A stretch of DNA of 64,000 bases, taken from assembly GCA_965262635.1 (NCBI GenBank), contig OZ253547.1, forward strand, positions 3,644,234 to 3,708,233, written 5' to 3'. Below are positions 1-9,909 of this stretch, piece by piece. Source of the DNA: Candidatus Versatilivorator sp. GTDB taxonomy: Bacteria > Acidobacteriota > Terriglobia > Versatilivoradales > Versatilivoraceae. Position 1 is the first letter of the stretch, and every line of letters begins with the position of its first letter. A model generated the notes under the pieces. The model was given only the letters and a program-made list of their open reading frames with translations. It did no database searches and was not told the DNA's origin. A program made the translations under genes and the position numbers.

Positions 1-144
1 CCCTCCGAGATCATGGAAAAATCGGCGATTGCCTGACCCACCTTTTTCAGAAGCCGTCGCCTCAGCCGCGGCAGATCCATGCTGGAGATTCCGGAAGCGG
101 ACGGACGGAGCGCCCTGCCCGCCGCCCCCCGCCCGGTGGATGTC

Positions 145-1242
145 TCATAGGGTCTCAACCGTTTCCTCCAAGCGCACGTAGTCCGCCCTTCGCTTTACCG
201 GCTGGAATCCCTCAGCCAGGATGGCCTCACATAATATTTCTTCCGTAGCCCGGTGATGAGCGCCGGCAGGGGTGATCACATTTTCCTCGATCATGATGCT
301 GCCCATATCGTTGGCTCCATAGTGAAGCCCCTGCCTTCCCACCACAACGCCTTGAGTCAACCAGGAAACCTGGATATTGGGGAGGTTGGGCAGGCAAATT
401 CTGGCCAGCGCCAACCAGCGCAGATACTCCTCGCTCGACTCCCGATCCGGGACCTTGCGACTGATCTTGGTGTTATCGGGCTGCAGCGTCCAGGGGATGA
501 AGGCCACAAAGCCGCCCGTCCGCTCCTGCAGCTCATAGATGCGCTCCAGGTGCTGGATTCGGTGCTCCAGGGTTTCCCCCATCCCGAACATCATGGTGGC
601 AGTACTCGGCAACCCCAGGCCGTGGGCGACCTCCATGACCTCCAGCCACTGCTGGGTGTTACACTTGTTGGTGTTCTTTCTCCTGACCTCATCCACCAGG
701 ATCTCGGCTCCGCCCCCTGGAATCGAGTCCAATCCCGCGGCCTTCAGCCTGAGCAGAACTTCCCGGGTGTCGATGCCGAAGATCCGGGCAAAGGCATGGA
801 TTTCCGGAGGAGAGAAGCAGTGGAGATGAATCCGGTACCGCCGCTTCAGCTCGCTCAGGAGCCGCTCGTACCACTCCAGCGGAAGATCGGGATGGAGCCC
901 GCCCTGCATGAGAATGCCGCTGCCGCCAAGCTCCAGGGTCTCCTCGACTTTTTCAAAAATCTGTTGGTGGCTCAGGACGTAACCTTCGCTGGAACCGGGC
1001 GGTCGATAAAAAGCGCAAAAGGTGCAGACTGCCGAGCAGATATTGCTGTAGTTGATGTTGCGGTCCACCACGTAGGTGACGACATTGTCCGGATGCAGCC
1101 GACGCCGGATGCGGTCTGCCGTCTCCCCCAATTGGACCAGGGAAGCCTGCTCTGCCAGGAGGCCATAAGCCAGCGGACTCAGACGTTCTTCCTCAGCCCG
1201 GGTGAGACTGTCCTGCACGTTCATGACCGCACACTCGTCCAT
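145..1242 (-). CDS. radical SAM menaquinone biosynthesis enzyme of the futalosine pathway (MqnC/MqnE family)
   Basis: 365 aa ORF; CX3CX2C radical-SAM motif (CSAVCTFC); overall resemblance to cyclic dehypoxanthine futalosine / aminofutalosine synthases (CofH/MqnC/MqnE fold); I cannot distinguish MqnC from MqnE by eye. Confidence 0.6.
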   Translation of the reverse strand: MDECAVMNVQDSLTRAEEERLSPLAYGLLAEQASLVQLGETADRIRRRLHPDNVVTYVVDRNINYSNICSAVCTFCAFYRPPGSSEGYVLSHQQIFEKVEETLELGGSGILMQGGLHPDLPLEWYERLLSELKRRYRIHLHCFSPPEIHAFARIFGIDTREVLLRLKAAGLDSIPGGGAEILVDEVRRKNTNKCNTQQWLEVMEVAHGLGLPSTATMMFGMGETLEHRIQHLERIYELQERTGGFVAFIPWTLQPDNTKISRKVPDRESSEEYLRWLALARICLPNLPNIQVSWLTQGVVVGRQGLHYGANDMGSIMIEENVITPAGAHHRATEEILCEAILAEGFQPVKRRADYVRLEETVETL

Positions 1243-1250
1243 TTGTCGGA

Positions 1251-3098
1251 CTAACGCCCTTCCAGAGTGGCCGTGAATCGCAGTTCTCCGCCGTCACGCA
1301 CCACTGAAATCTCCACTCGATCTCCCGGTCGATGCTCCTGCAGGAGGTAGGTCAGGTCGTATATGTTGGTGATTTTTTTTCCCGACCACCCCACGATGAG
1401 ATCGCCGGACCGCAATCCGCACTTGGCCGCCGGACTCCCCTCTCTCACGCCAGTGAGCCGGACCCCCTCGACCTCCTCGCCATAGTCGGGAATGATCCCC
1501 AGCGTAACTCTAAATCCCGTTCTGCCTGTTTCCGGGGGCGCACCGGCCGTCTGCTGGAAGGCAGGCCGCTGGTCCATCCGACAGATGGACCTGGCTGTTT
1601 GAAAGATGAACTCTACGACCCGGGCGGTCGAGGCCGCCTCAATCTTATCATAGTCATCACTGGGCTTATGGTAGTCCCCGTGGACCCCGGTGAAGAAAAA
1701 GAGCACCGGAATATCCCGCCCGTAGAAAGAGGAGTGATCGCTGGGGCCGAACCCTCCCTCTCGAAACTTGAGCTCCAGGTCGGCATCCTTGTTCAGTCGA
1801 GTCAGCAGGTCCCGCCAGCCCGGCGAACTCCCCGTACCGCCGATGATCAACCGCTGGCCTTGCATTCGTCCGATCATGTCCATATTGATCATGGCAACGG
1901 TCTTTTCCAAGGGCACCACCGGATGGTTGACGTAGTGCCGAGAACCCAGCAAGCCCTGCTCTTCGCCGCTGAATGCCAGGAAGAGGACACTGCGACGGCG
2001 CTGATCTTTTCGAGAAGCCAGTGCCCCGGCCAGTTCCAGCAACCCGGCCGTACCCGAAGCGTTGTCGTCGGCACCGTTGTGGACCTCGCTCCCGGGCTTG
2101 GCCGCCAGCGAGCTCAGCTCCCCCAGTCCAAGATGGTCGAAGTGAGCCCCAATCACCAGGACCTCCTCACTGAGGTCACCAGCTCCTTTCAAAAAACCCA
2201 CTACATTTCGGGCTGAGCGGGTCTCCTTGACCAGGTCCGAGCGGAATTTCAGGCGGACACCCGGCATATCGACGGCGCTGCCCTCCCGGCTTCGGGCCGC
2301 TTCTTCCAGAGCTTCCAGGCTCAATCCGGCTCCAGCCAGGATCTGACGGGCAGAAGGACGACTGATGGCCAGGGCGGCGATTCCCGAATCGGCGAAAGAG
2401 CGGTCAGACCGGAGCTTGGAGAGCGAACTCTTGGAAAAATCTTCCGAGTCGTCCACGAAAACAATACCCCTGGCACCCTGGTCCCGAGCTGTTTTGGCCT
2501 TGAACCGCAAGGCATGGTAGCGTCCGAATTGCCCGTGGGGATCGTCTCCCTCGGGGCCGTAGCGCAATACGAAGACGAATTTGCCCTTCACATCCGCTTT
2601 CCGATAGTCATCGTATTGGAGCGACGGCGCGGAAATGCCGTACCCCACAAATTGAGCCGCGCCCTCAAACAGACCTCCCATCGAGAAGGAAACGGGTGCA
2701 AAGTCAACGCCCGGCTCCAGACCCTCCCCCCCACTCGGTGGACTCGACGAGCCGCCGTTCCCCCAAAACACCTCCAAGGCATTGCTGGAACCCAACCGCA
2801 CCCCGGAGACGAAGGTGAACTCCTGAAGGTAACCCCCTTCTTCCCCAAGCGGCATCAGATCCCGTCGCGCGAACTGTTTCCCAATATAGCGCGCCGCCCT
2901 TTCCGCTCCCGGGCTTCCGGCGAGTCGTCCTTCCAACTCATCGGAGGCCAGATACCGGATGTGGGACATCAGCCCTTCGGAGGTAATGGCGCCGGTGGCC
3001 GTTGCTGTTCCGGAGGACTGCAAATGCCACCTGCCGATCGGCAACAATGCAGCGGGCACCAGCAGCATGGCCCACAACATCCAGTTTTTTCGGTTCAT
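1251..3098 (-). CDS. M28 family aminopeptidase with PA domain and C-terminal PDZ domain, secreted
   Basis: [18 protein letters not shown]28 zinc-site motif; C-terminal PDZ-like block; start moved to [19 protein letters not shown] signal peptide (ORF-track start 3140). Confidence 0.6.
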   Translation of the reverse strand: MNRKNWMLWAMLLVPAALLPIGRWHLQSSGTATATGAITSEGLMSHIRYLASDELEGRLAGSPGAERAARYIGKQFARRDLMPLGEEGGYLQEFTFVSGVRLGSSNALEVFWGNGGSSSPPSGGEGLEPGVDFAPVSFSMGGLFEGAAQFVGYGISAPSLQYDDYRKADVKGKFVFVLRYGPEGDDPHGQFGRYHALRFKAKTARDQGARGIVFVDDSEDFSKSSLSKLRSDRSFADSGIAALAISRPSARQILAGAGLSLEALEEAARSREGSAVDMPGVRLKFRSDLVKETRSARNVVGFLKGAGDLSEEVLVIGAHFDHLGLGELSSLAAKPGSEVHNGADDNASGTAGLLELAGALASRKDQRRRSVLFLAFSGEEQGLLGSRHYVNHPVVPLEKTVAMINMDMIGRMQGQRLIIGGTGSSPGWRDLLTRLNKDADLELKFREGGFGPSDHSSFYGRDIPVLFFFTGVHGDYHKPSDDYDKIEAASTARVVEFIFQTARSICRMDQRPAFQQTAGAPPETGRTGFRVTLGIIPDYGEEVEGVRLTGVREGSPAAKCGLRSGDLIVGWSGKKITNIYDLTYLLQEHRPGDRVEISVVRDGGELRFTATLEGR

Positions 3099-3172
3099 TG
3101 AAATCGTCATCGTCGATATCGGGGCTGAAGAGGGCAGCAAAAGATCACCCTCGGACGGGCCTGAATCCCAAT

Positions 3173-4222
3173 TCAGTTGGAGGTTTCGGACCCCGCCGCC
3201 GAGGGAAAATACAGCATTTTCCAGCCTTCCTCCTTTTGAGGCAGAAAGTAATAGACCTGTACCCGGGGATATCGTTTCAAATAACTTTGGGCTTTCTCCG
3301 GTCCCATCACAAAAAGTGCATTGTCCAGGGCATCGCCCTCCATTCCGGACCCGGCCACAACGGCGACGCTGAGCAGGCCCTGAACCGGATGGCCTCTTCT
3401 GGGGTCCATGATATGGGAATAGGTCACCCCCTCGAGGCTAAAGGAATTCTCATAACTTCCGGAAATGGACAAGCACTGATTCTCCAGTGAGATAGTGAGG
3501 GCACTCTTTTGGGGATCGCGCGGATAAACCGGGTCTCGAACCTTGACGTTCCAGGCTGTCTTACCGGGAGGAGCCCCCAACCCAAACACCGTGCTGCCGC
3601 CCGCACTAACCAAAGCTCTTTCGATTCGGTATTCCCTCAGGAGGCTCACCACCCGGTCCACCGCATACCCCTTGGCAATGCCGCCCAGGTCGAGAGCCAT
3701 GCCTTCCCGCCGGAATCGGACGGTACGCCGGCCGGGATCAAGGCTGAGCTTGCGGTAGCCCACCTTCTGAAGGGCGTCGCGAAGTTCTGTCGCAGGCGGT
3801 ACGCGACCTTGGCCGCCGAAAAATCCCCAAACCCTCATCAACGGCTGCACCGTCACGTCGAAGGCCCCCCGGGATTGCCGGCTGAAGGCCAGGCATCTTT
3901 GTAGAAAGTCAAACAGTTCCGGTTCCACCAGGACCGCTTCCCGACCGGCTCGCCGGTTGATGAAGGAGACGGCGCTGTTCTGCTTGTAGACGCTCATCAG
4001 CCGGTCAATGCGGTCTACTTCATCAAAGGCCCTCTCCGCCACCAACGGCAAGTCATCCCGTCCGTCTCCATAGAGCTGAATCCCAAAAGTCGTGCCCATG
4101 GAGAGGTGGCTGCCGCGATAGTGCGTCACCACCGGACCGGAACTGGAAGAGCCGACGCCGCAAAAAACCGAAAGTGCCCCAACCACAGCCACAAACACCC
4201 GCGTCAGGGCCTTCCTCACCAT
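3173..4222 (-). CDS. apbE: FAD:protein FMN transferase ApbE (lipoprotein)
   Basis: ApbE-family blocks (DLGGIAKGYAVD, SAGGS, HIMDPRRG); start set at MVRKALTRVFVAVVGALSVFCG signal/lipobox-like N-terminus rather than the long upstream extension (ORF-track start 4450). Confidence 0.7.
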   Translation of the reverse strand: MVRKALTRVFVAVVGALSVFCGVGSSSSGPVVTHYRGSHLSMGTTFGIQLYGDGRDDLPLVAERAFDEVDRIDRLMSVYKQNSAVSFINRRAGREAVLVEPELFDFLQRCLAFSRQSRGAFDVTVQPLMRVWGFFGGQGRVPPATELRDALQKVGYRKLSLDPGRRTVRFRREGMALDLGGIAKGYAVDRVVSLLREYRIERALVSAGGSTVFGLGAPPGKTAWNVKVRDPVYPRDPQKSALTISLENQCLSISGSYENSFSLEGVTYSHIMDPRRGHPVQGLLSVAVVAGSGMEGDALDNALFVMGPEKAQSYLKRYPRVQVYYFLPQKEEGWKMLYFPSAAGSETSN

Positions 4223-4284
4223 TGCAGGACACTCTTTCCGCGGTCGGCTGACTCTCGGACTGCTCAATGGGTGGGTACGGCGGG

Positions 4285-5664
4285 TTAGACCTTTTGGGTG
4301 ACCAGCTTCGGATTGGTTTCCCCGGGCTGCTCCCCCGGCCAAGTCACGCGTTCCTTCCGGTCCATGGCCCGATTGGCATAGATCACCGCCCTGGAGTCGG
4401 CCGTGCCCACGTCCAGATCCGCCAGTGGCTTCTTGCCTTGGCGAATGCACTCGAAGAAATGCTCATCCTCGGCCTGAATGGGATTGCGCTCACGCTCGAC
4501 CTCGATCACTCCCATCTCGACCAGCCAGCGGCGAGCATGCTCGACTTCGCGAGACACAAATCCCTGGGACCCGGACGGAGGCTCCGACAGGATGGGAACC
4601 CCTTGGACTTTCTGAAGGATGGTGGCTCCGGCCATCCAGTCCAGCTCTTTCGGAATACTGGAGGACTCTTCCGCGGTTGGAGCACCCGGAGCCAGTTTCT
4701 GAGGATAGAAGGTGGCTCTGGGATCATTGCGGCCCAGCGTGATTTCAAGGGTCCCCCGGTCGCCCAAAATGGTTTCCGCGAATTCCAGATGCCGGTTGTG
4801 CCCGATGGCACTGAAGAGGAACTTCTGTCCCTGGGGGTATTCGTAAATTACGGCCACGTTGTCAAAGATCTCACGGCCGTCCTTCCAGTAGTCGTTGCCT
4901 CCGACTCCGGTAACGCTGACCGGCTCCGACTCAAAGGCCCAATTGGCTACATCTGCCATATGCGACCCCAGTTCGGCCATCAGACCTCCCGAGTACTCCC
5001 GATACATCCTCCAGTTGATCCTTCGTTCCAGCCCGGGATCGGGTACGGGGCGGCGCCAACTGGTATTTCGGTGCCACTGGGCCCGGATCGTCATCACCCG
5101 ACCCAACACCCCGGTGTGAATCATTCGCATGGCATTGCGGTAGACCCCGCTGTAGCGCCGCTGAAGCCCCACCTGCAATACCAGTTCGGGGTGGCGCTGC
5201 TTGGCCTCGTAGACCCTTGGGATCTCGGCCTCCTCTTTCATCAGGCACTTTTCAACGAAGACGTGTTTCCCGGCGCTCAGGGCCTCCAGAAGCATGGGAA
5301 CGTGCAGGTGGTAGGGAGTGGTGATGAAAACCGCCTCGATGTCCTTGCGCTCCAGGACGCGGCGGTAGTCGCCCGACTCGGTATCCGGTCGACCGCCAAT
5401 CGCCTGGACTCCCTTGGCCAGGTTGGGTGCATGGGTGTCGCACAGGACGGCACACCGCCCCGATTTCAGGGTGCTCAAATTCCTCAAGTGGTTTCTCCCC
5501 TGAGAGCCTGCGCCGATCAGGCCGTAAACCACCGGCGAATCCAGGCTCCGGGCAGGGATGACAGCGGGAGCCCCCGTCTGGGAGGCTGCAGCGGCCACAG
5601 CCACCACGGAATTCTTCAGAAAGCTGCGGCGGTCTATGGAAGCATGATGCCGGCGGTCAGACAT
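4285..5664 (-). CDS. Gfo/Idh/MocA family oxidoreductase, Tat-exported
   Basis: Twin-arginine signal (DRRSFLKNSVVAVAAAAS); Rossmann GxGxxG (GLIGAGSQG); Gfo/Idh/MocA N- and C-terminal domain organisation. Confidence 0.7.
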   Translation of the reverse strand: MSDRRHHASIDRRSFLKNSVVAVAAAASQTGAPAVIPARSLDSPVVYGLIGAGSQGRNHLRNLSTLKSGRCAVLCDTHAPNLAKGVQAIGGRPDTESGDYRRVLERKDIEAVFITTPYHLHVPMLLEALSAGKHVFVEKCLMKEEAEIPRVYEAKQRHPELVLQVGLQRRYSGVYRNAMRMIHTGVLGRVMTIRAQWHRNTSWRRPVPDPGLERRINWRMYREYSGGLMAELGSHMADVANWAFESEPVSVTGVGGNDYWKDGREIFDNVAVIYEYPQGQKFLFSAIGHNRHLEFAETILGDRGTLEITLGRNDPRATFYPQKLAPGAPTAEESSSIPKELDWMAGATILQKVQGVPILSEPPSGSQGFVSREVEHARRWLVEMGVIEVERERNPIQAEDEHFFECIRQGKKPLADLDVGTADSRAVIYANRAMDRKERVTWPGEQPGETNPKLVTQKV

Positions 5665-5857
5665 TCAATTCTCCCTTTTGAATCCCAGCCCGGTGCGATC
5701 GAGCCGGTCGATGCAGCACGACGATGACTCACCTGTAAAACGAAAATCACAGTGTAGTCCCTTTCAGACCGAAACCAAAATATAGCCCGCATATCTCACC
5801 CGGTTGCCAGGTACGATCACCCTTTGCACGCGTCTCCAGCCCTTTTCCGGGACTCAC

Positions 5858-5927
5858 GATCACTCCCCCCTTGAGGGGGAGTCGCAGAAGCCGAGCCGCC
5901 AGGCGAAGGCTGATGCGGTGGGGGGGC
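5858..5927. repeat. 68-bp intergenic repeat with GC hairpin (copy A); copy B at 43994-44060
   Basis: ATCACTCCCCCC(T/C)TGAGGGGGAGTCGCAGAAGCCGAGCCGCCAGGCGAAGGCTGATGCGGTGGGGGG is nearly identical at both sites; each lies 120-140 bp upstream of a + strand gene (M20 peptidase; aroA). Confidence 0.7.
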
Positions 5928-6052
5928 CAACCAATCTCTGCGACGCCGCCTCCAGAAAATCAATACTGCAGTCGAGCCGGTGGGGGGCAAACGCCGCGCC
6001 CGGTGAGTGAAGATCTTTCGTCCAGGAAAACCAACCCGTATAATCCTCGACA

Positions 6053-7228
6053 GTGACCTCCTTAAAGCAGCATTTCAATCGATCGCTGGAAATACTCTTC
6101 GAACTGATCCGGATAGAATCGGTCAACCCTGCCCTGGTGTCTGGAGGGGCTGGAGAGCAAGCCATTGCCGAGTTTCTGTCCGGCTTCTTGAAAAGCGAGG
6201 GGATCCGCAGCGAATTACAGCAGGTCGCTCCGGGGCGATTCAATGTGGTAGCCGCGGTGCAAGGGTCGCGTCCCGGACCCAGGGTGCTCCTCAATGGACA
6301 CCTGGACACGGTGAGTATCGCCGGGATGAAGCAGCCCCTGGTTCCCGTACTCAAGGACGGAAGGGTCTATGGCAGAGGATCGCAGGACATGAAGGGCGGG
6401 CTGGCGGCAGCGGTTTCCGCGCTGCTGGCGCTTGCCCGGCGCAGGGACGACTGGCAAGGGGAGGTTGTGCTGGCCGCCGTGGCCGATGAGGAAGACTTAA
6501 GCCTGGGAACCACTTGGTTGCTGGAGCATTGGCCGAAGGAGAGACCCTTCGATTTCGCATTGGTGCTGGAACCGACCGATCTTCAGGTGGCCACGGCCCA
6601 CAAGGGATTTGCCTGGGTCGAGGTCACTACCTCCGGAAAGGCCGCCCACGGTAGCCGGCCGGCCGAGGGAGTGGATGCCATTCGCCTGATGGGTCAGATT
6701 CTGGGCCACCTGGACCGACTGGACCGAGACCTGCAGCGCCGTCCCCTTCACCCCCTTTTGGGATCGGGCTCGCTGCACGCTTCTCTGATCCAGGGCGGCC
6801 GCCAATGGAGCAGTTACCCGGACCGCTGCCACTTGAAATACGAGCGAAGGACGGTTCCGCCTGAAACCCGGGCGACCGTCGAAACTGAAATTCAACGGAT
6901 CCTGCGGGATTGCCGCCAACAGGATCGTCACTTCCAGGGGGAGGCCTCATGGGTCTGCTCCCGAGAACCCTTTGAGGCAGACCCTGACCAAGCCGTTCTG
7001 CAGCGATTCTACCGGACCGCCCGCTCCCACCGTCCCAAGCATGTCCGCTGGGGCTGCGTTTCATTCTGGACCGACGCCGCCCTGTTGGCGGCCGCCTCCA
7101 TCCCAACCCTGGTTTTCGGCCCTCGAGGAGCCGGGCTCCATTCCCTGGAAGAGCATGTTGTGGCTGAGGATCTGAGCGACTGCGCTGAGATCATCTTTCG
7201 CTTCGTGACTCAAGACTGCGCTAGCTAG
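6053..7228 (+). CDS. M20 family metallopeptidase (ArgE/DapE-like deacylase)
   Basis: M20 metal-binding motifs (LNGHLDTV, GRGSQDMKGG, EEDLS...); 391 aa typical for ArgE/DapE. Confidence 0.65.
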   Translation: MTSLKQHFNRSLEILFELIRIESVNPALVSGGAGEQAIAEFLSGFLKSEGIRSELQQVAPGRFNVVAAVQGSRPGPRVLLNGHLDTVSIAGMKQPLVPVLKDGRVYGRGSQDMKGGLAAAVSALLALARRRDDWQGEVVLAAVADEEDLSLGTTWLLEHWPKERPFDFALVLEPTDLQVATAHKGFAWVEVTTSGKAAHGSRPAEGVDAIRLMGQILGHLDRLDRDLQRRPLHPLLGSGSLHASLIQGGRQWSSYPDRCHLKYERRTVPPETRATVETEIQRILRDCRQQDRHFQGEASWVCSREPFEADPDQAVLQRFYRTARSHRPKHVRWGCVSFWTDAALLAAASIPTLVFGPRGAGLHSLEEHVVAEDLSDCAEIIFRFVTQDCAS

Positions 7229-8199
7229 CGGTCTCGGTCCAGGACCATTCGGGGGATCGCCTGCAGTGCCTGCCGGTAGGGAGATGGGGGGAAACACTCC
7301 AGAGCCGATTCAGCTCTTCTGGCGAACTCCTCGGCACGTTGTCGAGCTTTTTCCAGGACACGGTACCGGGTCACGATGGAAAGGATCTCCGCCTTGGAGA
7401 TGGACCGAAAGGCTTTCTCCTGCAGGACGGTCTTGATTTTTCGGGACTCATCCCGGTTGCAGGTCTGCAGGGCGTACACCAGTGGAAGGGTCATCTTTCC
7501 CTCCTTGAGGTCGCTTCCCACCGGTTTGCCCAGAACCCTTTCCGAAGAGCTCAAATCGAGGATGTCGTCAGTGACCTGGAAGACCAAACCCACGCTCAGA
7601 CCATACTCCCCAAGCGCCCGTTCCTGTTCGTCGCTCACCTTTCCCAGCAACCCTCCAATCCTGGCGCAGCCGGAGAACAGATAAGCGGTCTTCCGCCGAG
7701 CGATATCCAGAACGTCCTGTTCGGTAACCTTGGGGCTGCCATCGAGGGTGAGCTGCATCAATTCCCCCTCGACCATTCTCTGGGTCAAGTCGATCAGGAT
7801 GTCCAGAATGCGAAAGTTGCGTTCCTGCAGCGCCACGTAGAAGGATCGCATGTAAAGCCAATCCCCGACCAGCACCGTGATCTGATTGCCCCACTTGTGG
7901 TTGACGCTGGAGCGACCCCGGCGAACTCTGGCTCCATCAATAATATCGTCATGAACGAGCGTGGCGGTATGGATGAACTCAACCACGGCGGCCAGCTTGA
8001 TGGCCGACTCATTCACTTGGCCGCAGAGTTTGGTGCAGAGCAGCAGCAGGCTGGGGCGAATCCGTTTCCCGCCACCTTCCTGCAGATATTTGCCGATCTC
8101 CTCGATGGTACGAACCGGAGAATGGCGCTGGCGCGCAAACTCCCCCTCGACCTGACGCAAATCATCTTTAACCAGATGGAAAATCTCTTGAGGCTGCAC
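7225..8199 (-). CDS. polyprenyl diphosphate synthase (IspB-like, quinone side-chain)
   Basis: Two DDxxD motifs (LVHDDIID, FQVTDDILD); 324 aa trans-isoprenyl diphosphate synthase architecture. Confidence 0.75.
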   Translation of the reverse strand: MQPQEIFHLVKDDLRQVEGEFARQRHSPVRTIEEIGKYLQEGGGKRIRPSLLLLCTKLCGQVNESAIKLAAVVEFIHTATLVHDDIIDGARVRRGRSSVNHKWGNQITVLVGDWLYMRSFYVALQERNFRILDILIDLTQRMVEGELMQLTLDGSPKVTEQDVLDIARRKTAYLFSGCARIGGLLGKVSDEQERALGEYGLSVGLVFQVTDDILDLSSSERVLGKPVGSDLKEGKMTLPLVYALQTCNRDESRKIKTVLQEKAFRSISKAEILSIVTRYRVLEKARQRAEEFARRAESALECFPPSPYRQALQAIPRMVLDRDR

Positions 8200-8330
8200 T
8201 CAAACCCTTCCGGTTATTGCCTTCGATAAACCTTGATTTAAACGTCAAGGGAGTTTCGGGCCGTCACTTCGCCTCGCGATCACCGGCTGCAGAAACTGCC
8301 TGCTCGAAGCTAGCGCTAGCCCGCATGGCC

Positions 8331-9140
8331 TCAATCCACCGAACCCTCAAACCGCCGGGTCGGCTGATCCGGGTGGAACAGGCGCTGATAGTTTTCCGCG
8401 GTGCACCGGGCCACAGCATCCAAGCTGACCTGCTTAACCTCTGCCAAGGCCTTGGCCGTCTCGACCACGAAGGCCGGCTCATTGCGCTTGCCACGGAAGG
8501 GTACCGGAGCCAGATAGGGGGCATCCGTCTCGATCAACAGCCGGTCCATGGGCACGGCCCGGGCAACCTGACTGAGGTTGTGTGCCTTGGGGAAGGTCAG
8601 CATACCAGAAAACGAGATATGGAATCCCATCTCCAGGCAGCCCTGGGCCATGGCCAAGCTGCCGGTGAAGCAATGCATCACACCCACCGGACCGCCATTG
8701 CCAAAGTGCTCGCCCAGTATTTTGAGTGTCTGGACCTCGGCCTCCCTGGTGTGAATCACCACCGGAAGTCTCACCTTTCGGGCCAGAGCCAGTTGTCGGG
8801 CGAATACCGCCTTCTGCCCTTCCTGTGGGGCATGGCGGTAATGGAAGTCCAATCCAATTTCTCCCCAGGCAACCAGCCTGCCGGACCGAGCCAGCCGGAC
8901 AAGATTTTCCAGATTGGACTCCGAGGCCAAGCCTGCCTCGTGTGGATGAATCCCGGCAGCCACATCCAAGTCTTCCTCGCGCTCTGCCAGCAGAACGGCC
9001 TTTTCGGTCTTAGCCGCGTCGGCCCCGTCTCCGATCACCAGCACCCGTTCCACCATGGCCGAACGGGCTCGATCCAGGACTGACTGGAGGTCCGATTCAA
9101 ACTCGGCTTCCGCCAGATGGGAGTGGGAATCAATGAACAT
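8331..9140 (-). CDS. tatD: TatD family metal-dependent hydrolase (DNase)
   Basis: N-terminal MFIDSHSHL histidine motif; 269 aa; TIM-barrel TatD conserved His/Asp/Glu positions. Confidence 0.8.
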   Translation of the reverse strand: MFIDSHSHLAEAEFESDLQSVLDRARSAMVERVLVIGDGADAAKTEKAVLLAEREEDLDVAAGIHPHEAGLASESNLENLVRLARSGRLVAWGEIGLDFHYRHAPQEGQKAVFARQLALARKVRLPVVIHTREAEVQTLKILGEHFGNGGPVGVMHCFTGSLAMAQGCLEMGFHISFSGMLTFPKAHNLSQVARAVPMDRLLIETDAPYLAPVPFRGKRNEPAFVVETAKALAEVKQVSLDAVARCTAENYQRLFHPDQPTRRFEGSVD

Positions 9141-9805
9141 CAGCTTGGCGGCGACTCCCTCCCCGACGATGCCTCTGATCTCCCTCTGAACCGGTTTCGC
9201 GCGACTTCAAAGAGAATGGGCGAAATCGACAAGAAAACAATCAGCAGGACCACCTTCTCCAGGTTGTCGCGAATCCAGGCCACCTGCCCCAGGTAATATC
9301 CGGACAAGACCATCGACACCACCCAAAAAATACCACCAAACACATTGAAGGAGGCAAAGCGGGGATAGGACATCTGCCCAATGCCCGCCACAACCGGCGC
9401 AAAGGTTCGGGCGAAGGGCACGAAGCGGGCCAGTACAATCGCCTTCCCTCCGTGCTTTTCGTAAAACTCGCGGGCGTAGAGGAGGTGCTTCTTGCGAAAC
9501 CAGAAGCTGTTCTCCCTCTTGTAGAGGGCAACTCCCGTTCGGTAGCCAATGCTGTAACCCACAGCGTCACCGACGATGGCCATCACACTCAGCAGCACGA
9601 CCAGAAAGGCAACGTTAAAAAATCCCTTCGCAGCCGCCAGGCCCGCCAGGAACAACAGGGAGTCCCCGGGCAGGAAAAAACCGACAAACAAGCCCGTTTC
9701 GGCAAAGACGATGACCGCCAGCACCAGGTAACCGCCCGACTGAATCAGGTCGATCAGCTTGTCCGGGTTGTATAGACTTGCCAAAAACTCGAAAATCGCT
9801 TCCAA
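9140..9805 (-). CDS. DedA family inner-membrane protein
   Basis: FAETGLFVGFFLPGDSLLFLAG signature of DedA/SNARE-associated proteins; multiple TM segments. Confidence 0.75.
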   Translation of the reverse strand: MEAIFEFLASLYNPDKLIDLIQSGGYLVLAVIVFAETGLFVGFFLPGDSLLFLAGLAAAKGFFNVAFLVVLLSVMAIVGDAVGYSIGYRTGVALYKRENSFWFRKKHLLYAREFYEKHGGKAIVLARFVPFARTFAPVVAGIGQMSYPRFASFNVFGGIFWVVSMVLSGYYLGQVAWIRDNLEKVVLLIVFLSISPILFEVARNRFRGRSEASSGRESPPS

Positions 9806-9821
9806 GGAACCTCTTGGGGTC

Positions 9822-9858
9822 TAGCCCCCATTTCTCACCGGGGGGCGTGATCATGACA
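9822..9858. repeat. solo MITE terminus
   Basis: CCCCCATTTCTCACCGGGGGGCGTGATCATG; other solo termini at 13396-13420 and 39245-39265, and a very degenerate one at ~45641-45660. Confidence 0.55.
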
Positions 9859-9909
9859 CCGGCTTCTGCGGTGCGGTGCGGTCGGATCTGTCCGGGTTGA
9901 CTCCCTGCC

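Noticed and set aside
1-81. Possible 27-codon start of a minus-strand gene running off the window start (MDLPRLRRRLLKKVGQAIADFSMISE)
   Set aside because: Too short to recognise, with no RBS or homology evidence; left unannotated
253-1254. 333-aa + strand ORF antisense to the radical SAM gene; similar long antisense ORFs at 4267-5727, 8217-9083, 10588-11688, 13516-14367, 22922-24550, 46001-47035, 52754-54370 and 62550-63542
   Set aside because: High-GC shadow ORFs lying entirely inside well-supported genes on the opposite strand, with low-complexity Arg/Gly/Pro-rich translations and no recognisable domains
3173-4450. Long N-terminal extension of ApbE (MHSPRQEATGGSGRG...)
   Set aside because: Low-complexity extension upstream of an obvious signal peptide/lipobox start; the internal ATG at 4222 was chosen instead
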